Origin: Sminthopsis crassicaudata
Lineage: Eukaryota
DNA: 64,000 bases
Reading direction: 5' to 3'
Assembly (NCBI RefSeq): GCF_048593235.1
Contig: NC_133619.1
Location: forward strand, 9,996,454-10,060,453
The first letter of the stretch is position 1. Each line of letters starts with the position of its first letter. Below the pieces are notes generated by a model, which was not told the origin of the DNA, did no database searches, and saw nothing but the letters and a program-made list of their open reading frames with translations. The position numbers were made by a program, and so were the translations under genes. This document shows, one piece after another, positions 1-10,299 of the stretch.

Positions 1-289
1 GAAGACGCCCGCACTTCAGTCCTTTCTCTCTAGTCCTAGAATGGTGGGAGCCGTTTCCCTGGTTCACGGGTCTCTGGGCAGCAAGAAACAGGTGGGGAGA
101 TGGTGGGGGGAGGGGGAGGGGGATGGATGTAAAATGAAAAAAAGATGGGCGGGGCAGGAATCTTTCAGTGTTTTTGTGGAACTTGGGGAGGAGGGGCAGG
201 GAGGCAGGGGAGGGTACAGGTGAACAGGCAGGGCCCCGACCTGAGGGAGGGAAAGAAATGGGGCCTGGGTCAAATCTGGGAAACCAAAA

Positions 290-445
290 GTTCTTTTATT
301 TTAATAAAATTTGAAAAATGAGCAGCCATTTATGTTCCCATCCTCCCACCTTCCCCAGCTCTCACTGAAAAAAGAAAACCCTTTTAAAACAAGTCTCCAT
401 TGTCAAGAAAAACCAGTTCCCTCCTTGGCCAGGTCCAGTCTGGCA
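290..445 (-). mobile_element. LINE-1 3' UTR fragment, marsupial-type
   Basis: aaagaaaacccttttaaaacaa...gtcaagaaaaaccagttccctccttggcc resembles recalled marsupial L1 3' ends. Confidence 0.45.
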
Positions 446-1957
446 GGAGGAGGGCAGCGGGCTCTGCCCCACCCCGGCTCCTCAGGCTCCTGTCCGGGAG
501 TGCTCACTGAGCCGCCCTTCCTGAGAGCCCCAACGGGCCCTGCCCCTGCCCCCACATGGAAATTTGGGGGCAACACTCAAAATCCCCGGCCACCTGAAAG
601 GCCAAGAAGGACCCCCAGTGGGTGTGGGCCTGATGTGCCAGGAGCCCGGTGACAGCAGAAGGCTCCAGCCCCCCCCCTCAGGGCCCATGGCAAGGCCACA
701 GAAAGCAGGGCAGCCCCAGCCCGCAGACCTGCCCAGACCACCGGAGGGTGGGGGAGCCCAACCCAAGGCAGGCCGGGGGAAGGGAGGGTCGGCCAGAGTC
801 TGATTCTTCCTCCCCTGGTGCCGGGAGACTTAACCGGAGGGACCGGGACACTGACCGACCTCTCGGGTGGAACGTGGGGGTCCGCTAACACTAGGACTTG
901 TGTGAGTCTCTCCGTTTGGGCAGCAACAAGCGCAAGGCTGCGGGGGGAGCACCCCCAAGTGGGCACCAAGGGCCCGCTGGCCCCTCCCATGAGCACTCGG
1001 GCTCTCGGCTCCCCGGCCATTCCCAGGCCTGTCACAGGCCTCTCAGGAGCCCAGGAAGATGCTCTAGGTCCCCCCCCCCCCCCCGCCCATGTCCGCAGAT
1101 GCCCACAACATTCTTCTCAGAACCCAAGCAAAAAGCCAGTGTGGCCGCTTCCATTCCCCAGGCCTCCTGCTGGGTCTGGTCTCTCGCTTCTTTTTCCAGA
1201 ACCAGGGCTTGGGCACCCACCATCCCCCAGGAGCTGCTCGGTGGGCCAGGAAGGAGCTAACCTACAAGGGCAGTCAGTGTGGAACCAGTGAGAGAGCCAG
1301 GGCACCGAGGGCTCGGGGCCTTCACGGGCTTCTGCTCCCTTCCCCCAGGGCTCTCCTCAGGGCACTGGCATTTATTCCAGAAACACTCAAAGTGCCAACA
1401 ATTACCCGCCACAAGCAATCCTCAGAACTGGGACGGAAGCTCCTCGACCACCCAATGACACGCAGAAAGAAGCTAATATAATCTGACCCAACGGCGCCTA
1501 CTTCAGACCCAACAGCGCCCACCTCGGACCAGCAGTGCCCACGGCCAAGCCACCTTCCGAGGCCCCGGGTCTTGGAAAGGTGAGGTGGAAAGGTCCGAGG
1601 GGGAGCAGGGAGGGAGTGACTAATTCTAACCAAGAGCGTCAGCGGACCAGAAACGGCGGGAAGAACCCCGGCAGCGGCAGCGCGGGGACCGGGCCACAGC
1701 AGGGCGGGGCTTGGCCATTTTGCATCTCAGGATACAAACCGTGCCAGGTGGAGATGGGTCGTCCTCCTTGGTGCTGGTTCATATTGGGCCGCGCTCGTAA
1801 GAGTGAGGAAGGCAGCCCTGATTCACTCCTGCAGAGCCTTGCCCCCACAGCATCACCTCGGGTCTCGGGCACCGTTTCCCCAGGGAAGCAGAAACGGCAA
1901 ACCAAGACGGTTAGAGGACCCTCGCCCCCGAGGCCGCCGCCCCGCGTCCCGCCTCAC

Positions 1958-2064
1958 CCTGGTCGGAAGTTCCCCTCCTGGCCGCCTCCAAACAGCATGG
2001 GGTGCAGCGGGGTGACGACGCCCAGGCCGCGCACGTAGAGCGCTCCGATCCGGGGCCCGTAGAA
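1958..2064 (-). CDS. SCLY: Selenocysteine lyase exon 7 ([36 protein letters not shown]); the gene continues beyond the window's left edge
   Basis: [10 protein letters not shown] and GGGQExxFRPG motifs; tcccAG acceptor, GG|GTGAGG donor. The next exon (TENTPMIAGLGK) is not found in 1-1957. Confidence 0.96.
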
Positions 2065-3892
2065 CTGGGAGGAAAAGGCAGAACCGAGTCACAGAGGCGC
2101 CCGCGCTCCCACGTCCCCCCAGGACACCTCAGCCCAGAGATCGGGCAGAGGGCATGGCCCAGGGCGGCCACACTGGCTCCATCTCACCCCTGATGTCCCC
2201 TCTCCCCAAAGCGGAGCCGTCACTCACTCCCCGCCAGCTTACTTCTTCAAAAGGTAGAAGCTTCAATGGTGGGAAATAATCTTGGGGGTTTGAATCTCCC
2301 TCAAGTGGAAACCCTGGTCGCTAGGGTGGGAATGATGGGATGGGAGAACACTGAGAGAAGAGGGGAAAGCTGGGGGTGGTCCGATCCCGACCCCTGCATC
2401 ACAGCAGGGCCCGTGCCAAGGGTTCAGATGCCCCTGGAGACGGGGAATCCCCCTGACCCAAATCCCAGCGGGAGGGCAGCCCCCAGAAGACAGGAGAACT
2501 GCAAAGGACTCCATTCTGAAGACACAAAGGGAACCCATTCACAGGCACAAAAGGGGCAGCGATTGTGCTTCTCTCCCTCTGCCACAGACAATGATCTTTG
2601 GGTCAGAAAGGGGAGAACCCACATGGCCAGTGAGCTCTTGGTGCTTCCCTGGACGGATCCGAGTCACCGCGCCTGGCTGACCCCCATCCTGGGTGCTCGG
2701 AGCGGGCAGAAGCGGCTGGGAAGCCCCTCGTGTGGTCTGGGGAAGCTCGGGGACAATGGGAGGGGGCCGAAGAGGCGGGGTTAGGGCGAGGGGGCCCCCA
2801 GATAGAAGGGACGGTCCGCAGGGCCCAGGCAGGGGACGGGGAGGACTTTTACGCAGTTAGGAGACCTGGTGCTCAGGAGGTGTCACATGCACAGAGTTCA
2901 GCCATATTTCACCAAAGCACTCAACAAGGTCATGGACACGTGGAGGGAACAGAGGGGGGCAGGGTCTGACAGCATTAGGTGCAGCCATAGCTTGAAGCTC
3001 TCAGGGGAAGGGGGGAACCCAGGAATCTGCAGCCGGAGCTGGGGGTATCTAGATGCAAGTACAGAGGACAGTGTAAGGGATCCAGGATTGGTCTCGGAAC
3101 CAGGAAGGTTCCCAAGTTCTCCCTCTGTGAAATGGGCCCGTTAGCCCCGCAGGCTCCACCTCACAGGGAGGCGGGGAGGTTCAAGAAGGAAGGACTCTCG
3201 GTATCCTGCCCATCGCTTCCTTGGCTTGCCTTTCACCCCGATCCAAAGGAGAGCTTTTGGAAGGCTTAGATCCCCGAGAATCCAAGGCTAGCCCTTGGAA
3301 AGTGCTCGCCCCCCAATGGGAATGTTTTACATTCGTGTCTTTGCACCACTACCACAGGCCCTTCCACGTCCCTTGCTGAGTGGGGAGGCAACAATGCTAT
3401 CCCCTGCCCTCCAGAGTCCTAACTGTGGGACCATCCAGAACTGCCGGGAGACTCTGATGGACACAAGGCGCCTCACAAACTTGCGGGGCTCCAGCAAGGG
3501 CACTTGCTCCATATTCTCACTCTCCCGTCCCATCTCGGGGCCTGACTCTTTTGAGTCTCCCCCAAGCCCAGGACGGGGCCTGTATCCTGGGGCCACCAGG
3601 CAGGGGAAGGCCCAGATTCTCTCCGTTCTGGGGGGACCCTCGGGCTCTCCTACTGAGAATTGGCTCCGGCTCTGATTGGCTGAACAGCCAACCGTGATCC
3701 GAGAGGAAGGAGCGAACTGAACCTCAGCGTGGATCCCCTTCCCACTTTCCACATAAAAGGTGACAAAGAACAGGGTTCTCCACACAATGACTTTGCAGTC
3801 GGCGGGCAGAGAACTGTTTTGTTTCTCCAGAATTTATTGAGAAGTGAGCATGTGAGGACGTGGCAAAGGGAGCGGCGCGGAGCCCTCCTTAC

Positions 3893-4057
3893 CTTGTGGC
3901 CCACAATGGTTAGATAATCCACCCCCAAGTCCTGCACGTCCACGCGCCTCTTCCCCAAAGCCTGGGCCGCGTCCGTGTGCACGAGAACGGCTGGCAGCCC
4001 GGAGGCCGCCCGAGTCTGGTTCAGGGCTTTGATCCGGCGGCTGATTTCAGAGATGGG
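3893..4057 (-). CDS. SCLY: Selenocysteine lyase exon 6 ([55 protein letters not shown])
   Basis: HTDAAQ motif and PLP-binding Lys (GHK); ttctAG acceptor, AAG|GTAAGG donor. Confidence 0.97.
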
Positions 4058-4506
4058 CTAGAACGGGAAACGAAGGAAGCTTGGACCTCACGTGGCTCTG
4101 GTCCCGAAAGGGTGCGTGAAAGCAACCAGAAGCAGACACTGGAACCAGTGGGCACCCGTCACTGGGCAAAAACCACAGGGAAAACCAGGAGATGGACCGG
4201 CAGAAATTAGGTGCAGGCCGCCATCTCACACCACACATGGACACATGAGCCGAATGACCACATCATAAACAAATTAGGGCCCTACATGAGTCCTGAAGAA
4301 ACATATAATTTTAAAAATAAAAAATAAAACGTACTAAAGCGAAAAGAAAATAAAATAAACAAATTAGAGAAGAAGAAATTAATGCTTGGACTATTTTGGG
4401 GGAAGAGTTTCACAACCAGACAAGTGAAAGAGAGTACCTTGGAATAAGGCACTGAGGAAAAAAAGTCTTTTCAGTCAATTTCTCCGATAAAGGTAGTTCT
4501 AAGATT

Positions 4507-4730
4507 AGGGCAGCAAGGTGGCCCAGTGGATAGAGCGCCGGGCCCCAAGTCAGGAAGAACTGAGTTCAAATGTGACCCCAAACTCTGTGACCTTAAACTT
4601 AACCTGTTTGTCTCAGTTTCCTCTTCTTAAAATGGGGATCAGGATCGTTGTGAGGAACAAGTGAGATTCTAACTGTAAAGCACTTGGCGCAGTGCCTGGC
4701 ACACGGTAAATACTTAATAAACATTAGTTA
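4507..4730 (+). mobile_element. MIR/Mar1-type CORE SINE
   Basis: tRNA-derived A/B boxes (ggtggcccagtggatagagc, gagttcaaat), CORE (tctcagtttcctc..taaaatggggat) and L2-like tail (gtgcctggcacacggtaaatacttaataaa). Confidence 0.8.
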
Positions 4731-4739
4731 TCATTGTTA

Positions 4740-5210
4740 TAGAAGAAACCTAAATTTACAAGAGCCAATAAGAGCCGTTACCCAATAGAGAAATGGCCAA
4801 AGGCCTATATCGAAAATTAGAGACATCCTTACTAAAGCAACTCAGAAGCTCCACTTCATACCATCGGAGCGATAAAATTGACTAAAAAAAGGAAAATGGC
4901 CAAAGTAGCAGAGTCCGGCGCATGAATGTGCTCCTGGGGGAGCTGGGAAAGGCTCCATTCAGTCAGTCAGTCAGGACCTACTGTGCGCCCGGCACCATGA
5001 AGCTATTTGGAACTATACCCAAAGTGTGATGAAACCTCACACCCTTGCAGCTGGAGACCCCAGTTCTAGCTTTGTTCCCCAAAAGATCCAAGAAGAGGAG
5101 GGCCGTTGGACACAAAAATGCCACACACATGGTGGCGCTGGCAAAGGCCTGGAAACGGGGGGCTGCCACCCCCTGCGGAATGGCTGAAGGAAAACGCGCT
5201 CTCTCCAAGA
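4740..5210 (+). mobile_element. Old, GC-shifted LINE-1 ORF2 3' fragment
   Basis: Degenerate L1 ORF2 C-terminal segments (ccaatagagaaatggccaaagg, tttggaactatacccaaag, gaatggctgaa). Confidence 0.55.
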
Positions 5211-5364
5211 GCTGAGGAGGGCCCGGGTGCCCCAGGAGCTTCCTAAAACCGAAGCGAGCAGAACCAAGAGAAAAGCTCATTGCAAAGACACAGAGCCTGG
5301 AAGGGATCGGCCCGGGGACACCTCCTGCAGAGCAGTCCCGCCCTCACGAACCCTTCCTGCTTAC

Positions 5365-5492
5365 CATGATAACTCCGGTCTCATTGTTGGCCAGCATGAC
5401 GGTCACCAGACAGGTGGTGGGTCGGACAGCCGCAAGGACATCGTCGGCTTCTGCCCGGCCGCTCAGCTTAGACACGGGGACAAAGGAGACAT
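5365..5492 (-). CDS. SCLY: Selenocysteine lyase exon 5 ([43 protein letters not shown])
   Basis: MLANNETG motif; tgcAG acceptor, ATG|GTAAGC donor. Confidence 0.97.
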
Positions 5493-6955
5493 CTGCAGTG
5501 AGGGACACGAGGGCCCAGGTGAGCGGCCTGACCCTGTCTCGGGCCACATGTGCTACTTCCCTGCCCTTGCCCATGGCCCACCACATGCAGTGTGAGCTCG
5601 TCTGTGTCCAGCCGGGCCCAGCCATGGCCACGGGACCGGCTCTCCAGCCTCCTGCTGCTTGACTGGCCTCATGCCACACGAGGGTTCCGATGCTCTGTCC
5701 TTTGCAACCGGGCCTTGACTGCCCTGCCCCCCACCTCCTGCCTCTTCTTTCCTGGATTTCCCACACTGAAAGCTGACTTCCCCTCCCAGTACCGAGGGGG
5801 GCCCTGACGTCTCCGGGCACCGAGCATGTAATTAGTTTCTAAAGCAGCTGACCCTACTCTTTCGTATTGTGGGGTCTTTGCTTCCTCAGTTTCCTCACTT
5901 GTAATGAGGGGGGTTAGACCCAGTGGTCTTCAACATCAGCTCAAAAAAAAAAAGGCCATGTAAGCACCCACTATGTGCCAGGGCATGGTCTCCCATGAGA
6001 GCGGAGGCTTCTTGTGTAAACTCCAAACGCCCCCCGCACCCATCACGGTGCTCCAAACACATTCATTAAGTGTTTAGTGGATGAATGAATGAATGAACGA
6101 ACGAATGAAGCGTCTCACAAGGACCTCAAGTTTCATTCCGTGAAGGCCCAATGGAAGGTGCCAAATGCTGCCCAGGAGGGGCATGTTTGCTCGGCGTTGG
6201 ATCAATTCGAGATCCCCAAACTCTGGAAAAGGGAATCAGGATTTAACAAAAACTGGACAGTGGAATGGCCCAAAGGGGCTTGGACTTCACGCTTGAGGAG
6301 CAAAAAAAAAAATCTCATATTTGTAAGTTGTGAAGGATCAAATGCACGTGGGATTCCACCCAGCACGGTTTTGAGGAGCTGAGAAAGCTTTATCTGGTCA
6401 ACGAGTGGAATTATGGGAAACAAAAGTAGATCCAAATATATTGAAATAATTTTCATAGACCAGAAAGCAAGGCACCCATAACATAAAGGAAAGGGGGAAA
6501 GAGTCTCGCTAACTATTTCTGGTTGGTCCGGGGCAGACTTCCATCACTACTTGGGCCGGCTCTCCCTCCCTCCAAAGATCCATAGGAAAGCCTTCCTTAA
6601 GTGTCTGCTAGGACGGAGCACGGGGCTGGGCCCTGGGGGCTCCAAGGCTCCCTCCAGAAGCTGGTGTAGCCAAAGAGATGCCATGGACACCAGCAGATCA
6701 GAACCAAGTCAATGCAAAGCAAATCTGGGGGAAGGGGAGGAAAACTGGGACGAGCCTGCAGAAGGAAATGAGGGGTCATGGGGGATGTGGAAGGAGGAGG
6801 AGCCTGTTCAAAGCCATGGAGAGAGAGCCAGAGAGTGGGTGGCCAGGAGGGTGTTTGAAGAGTATTGGAAGGGGGGGGGGGCTGCGCAACACCAAGGGGG
6901 AGTGACCTTGGGAGAGGAGGGGTCCCTTTGAGTGGGGGTCTCAGCTTGCACTCAC

Positions 6956-7142
6956 CGGCCACTCCCTCTCTCACCAGCTGCTCCAGGGGCAGGCGGATCG
7001 AGTCGTGCTCCACCGTACACGTGATGAAGTGGGGCTTGGCCCTGCCAACCAGTCCGGCCTGCTGCTCGGCCAGCCAGGCCCCTTTGGATCGCTGGCTTTC
7101 TTGGAACAGCTTCATGGTGGAGTGGATCACCAAGTTGTTTGA
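6956..7142 (-). CDS. SCLY: Selenocysteine lyase exon 4 (SNNLVIHS...KPHFITCTVEHDSIRLPLEQLVREGVA)
   Basis: SNN and VEHDS motifs (the Asp linked to Sec specificity in human SCLY is retained); caacAG acceptor, G|GTGAGT donor. Confidence 0.97.
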
Positions 7143-7619
7143 CTGTTGGAAGCCGGGGACAAGAGGACAAATCACAGAGGTTAGTTTGCTGCTTAAAACC
7201 CTTTGGGACCCTGGCCTTAGACCTTGAAGGGGCCCTGGAGGTCCCCCAGTGCCATTTGACAGGGGAGGAAACTGAGGCCCGAGGCCCGCCTTCCCTCCTC
7301 AGACTCGGCTCTCCTGCCGAGCAGCTCTGTTAACTGAGCGCTCTCCTACCCCTCATTTCCGGGGTCTCAAAGAGCCTCTTTTGCCTCAAACCTCCCGCTG
7401 TCCCGTAAAGCCCAGGCCTCCCACGTTGAGGGGGGGGTTTGTGATTTAAGCCCTGATGAGAGTGGAAGCTCCATGAGGCTGGGAACATTCTCATCGATAG
7501 TTGCCTCAGCACTGGGCAGGGGGCTTACACTAGGTGCTTAATAAATGGCTGCCAAATTAAGCGCCTGATCTAACAACACTTCTCTCTCAGGAGAGGGAGG
7601 CTGTGTTTAAAGCCCTTAC

Positions 7620-7720
7620 CTCTGTTCCCCCTGAAGTGAAGATGATATCCTGAGATTTTCCACCAACCATCTTTGCCAAGTTTTCTCGGGCTACGTTGAT
7701 CATATCCTTGGCTTTTCTGC
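7620..7720 (-). CDS. SCLY: Selenocysteine lyase exon 3 ([34 protein letters not shown])
   Basis: Not in the ORF track; translated by hand. IIFTSGGTE motif, poly-T/gaAG acceptor, GAG|GTAAGG donor; frame consistent with exons 2 and 4. Confidence 0.97.
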
Positions 7721-9503
7721 CTTCAAAAAAAAAAAAAAAAATTGATCACAATTGCTGTAAGACGCCAGATCAACTGTGCTTAAAGGCCTCCTTGGAGGCA
7801 GAACCAGTGGACCCCGCCTCAGGGTCAGTTAGCAGCCCACCCTGACCTGGGCACCTTCTCGCCACGAGGAGGTGTCCAGAGGCCCGGGGCTGGACCTCCC
7901 TCAGTGATGTAGGTGTAAAGCCAAGGAGGGCAAGTGGTTCTGGGCCCATGTCCGGCCAGGGGCCACCAGGCTCCTCTGGTCCGTGTGTGCAGAATTAGAC
8001 AAGGTTCCATGTAGCCAAGAGCGAGCGGAGGCCGGAGTGCCACAGTCCCCTCAGGCGGGCCCCCCTGCCTGGCAGTGGTGGTGCTCTAGTGGCCGCCCTC
8101 ACACATGCACCCACGGATGGGCTCTCTTGTCCTGGGGCCATCCCCCTCTGAGTGACTCCAGAATCCCCAATGCTCCGCATCAAGTCTGGCCCAGGAGTAG
8201 AGCTGGCTTTGGGGCCTTCCCAGCTGCTGCCGGTGTAGACCTCCAAGGCCTTTTCCAAAGGGAAGAGCAGCCAGCACCCCCTGCTGCAGCTTGGTGAGGA
8301 CATTCCACGAGTAAACAGGGCGAAGTCACGGACCCCCAGTGACCATCACAGGAAGGGGAAGGCAGTTGTGTGGCGGGAAGTCCATCTTCATGCTGCTGCA
8401 GGCGGTTCCGGGGTAGGGCGGGACGCCAGTCTCCAGGACACCAGCAGGGAGGCCCTGTATTTAGTCTCTCGGCCTGGGCCTGCCTCCCGCCCAGGCAGCA
8501 GGATCAGAGGACCTGACCTGTGTACGGCACTTTGACCTTCGGAGGCCACAAACACTCGTTCTCGATTCTGTTTAAAGAACGAGCCCCATGCAGCTGAGGA
8601 GTTGTCGGGCTCCAGGACCGGCTCCACCAGTCACCCTGGGCACGCCCACTGACCATTCGAGCCTCAGTTTCCCAGTGGGTAAGACAGAGAGAACCACACT
8701 TCCCAGGGCTTTCCCCATGGGGAAACAGGAGCAATGGTTGGCAGGTAGTCCTCATTTGAGATCCCCAAGGGAAGCCCCTTTCCCCGGGGATCCAGTTGCC
8801 CTGGTTGGAAATCTGGTCAAACGCAGTTCAGTGCAGGGTGAGCTCCAGCCGGTGAGAGGGCGGGGGCAAGGTCCAGGACGCCCGCTGGGGAAGGCTGCCA
8901 GATGGACTAGGGACATTAATGAATGACCAGCAGCGGGACCCGGAGCCAGGGAGACTGGGGGTCCCTGAAAATTCGGGGTGTTAAAACAATCTCTTCCTTT
9001 AAGCTTCTATAAGGACCAGATTCACTCTAAGACTGAAATTCAGCACATAAGCCGAGAGGGGACGGCTAACCACGTGATGCCCGCAGAAACCAGAGCTCCA
9101 TGACTCCGCTGTGCCGGGCAGTGATCCGACTCACAGGCCGGCTTCAAACCTGCCTCCAGCCCTCCTAGCCACTTCTCGGGCAGAAAAGGCGCTGGCCCAG
9201 AGACCCTGAGCTCCCTTCTCGTGGCACTTCGAGGTTCTGGGATCCTACGCTTTCCCCTGGGACAGAGGCCAAAAAGGAGAGGGGACAGCGGTGGTTTGAG
9301 GATGGCCAGGGGTGAGATCAGCCCCCGCGGAGGAAGTCCCCAGTGGGGACATCATGTAAACAGGGACTGTAGGAGACAGGGAGTGTGCAAAGGACCGGAG
9401 GCTCCAAGCCGCCTGGGACAAGGCCGGGCCGACCACAGGCCGCCTGCTGCACTCATCAGCCACGAAGAGGCCAGGCGCCCCCCTCTCCGGTTCTGTCCCT
9501 CAC

Positions 9504-9616
9504 CTGCCAGGTAGGGGCTGCTGGGATTCCCCCAGGCTTCCTGCATGGCCTCCGTCACCACCTGGATGACCTCCGGCTCCAGAGGCGTGGTGGCATTGCA
9601 ATCCATGTAAATCTTC
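9504..9616 (-). CDS. SCLY: Selenocysteine lyase exon 2 ([39 protein letters not shown])
   Basis: NifS/class-V PLP N-terminal motif (DxNATT...GNPSS); ttttccAG acceptor, G|GTGAGG donor; 113 bp. Confidence 0.97.
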
Positions 9617-10299
9617 CTGGAAAACAACAAGACCCAGTTCAGGAGGAGAAACCCATGTTTGTCCGTCTATCATGAAGGACGGGCAGTTTCAGGGCAAAGA
9701 GAAGAGCATTTAATGGTTCCAGGGCGATCACTGGACAAAGCTCCCACGTGACCCTCCCAAATTAAAGTTGTTTGCCTCCTTCTAGAAGAGGACCAAGGCA
9801 AGGGGCAGTGACAGTGACTTGCATGTGAAAGGGACTTAAGGGGGGGCTGGGCGGGTCACCACTCTCTCCTCCAGGGCACTGGGACCAGATAGGGATCAGC
9901 AGGCCTGGAGACCTGGGCCTGGTCAAGTTAAGGTCTTTAACAAGTCTCAGTTTGATGGGACTCAGTGATTCAGGCTAGATAAGAAATGGGCCAAGGTAGG
10001 GCCTCCTTTCCCTAGTCCTAAAAAAAATCCAGCCGGGAGGGGAGAGCCAGGCAGGAAGCAGCTTTCAGTCACTCCCTCAGAGCGGCAGAATCCAGAGGAA
10101 GACTGAGGGAGGGCGGGGGAGGGGGGCAAAGAGAGGAGGGTGGGGGAGGAGGAAGGAGGGAGAGGCCCCGGCCCTTGGGGACCCCATGCTTGCTGACTGG
10201 AGTTGCTGCTTTCTTGCCTCAGGGCCGTTTGCACACCCGCAGGGAACTCCCGAAGGGGGGGGAGTTTGCACACCCGCAGGGAGTGTTTGCCCCCGGCCA

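Noticed and set aside
1-1957. Search for SCLY exons 8 onward; intronic AATAAA (minus, 1371-76); 21-bp x2.3 repeat at 1482-1530
   Set aside because: No TENTPMIAGLGK-like exon was found, so the gene most simply continues outside the window. A lone AATAAA is not evidence of truncation or pseudogenisation.
3327-3785. 152-aa ORF in SCLY intron 6 with a hydrophobic start
   Set aside because: No recognisable family, promoter or polyA support; consistent with chance.
10227-10282. 19-bp direct repeat GTTTGCACACCCGCAGGGA, two copies
   Set aside because: A simple local duplication with no recognisable motif or further copies.
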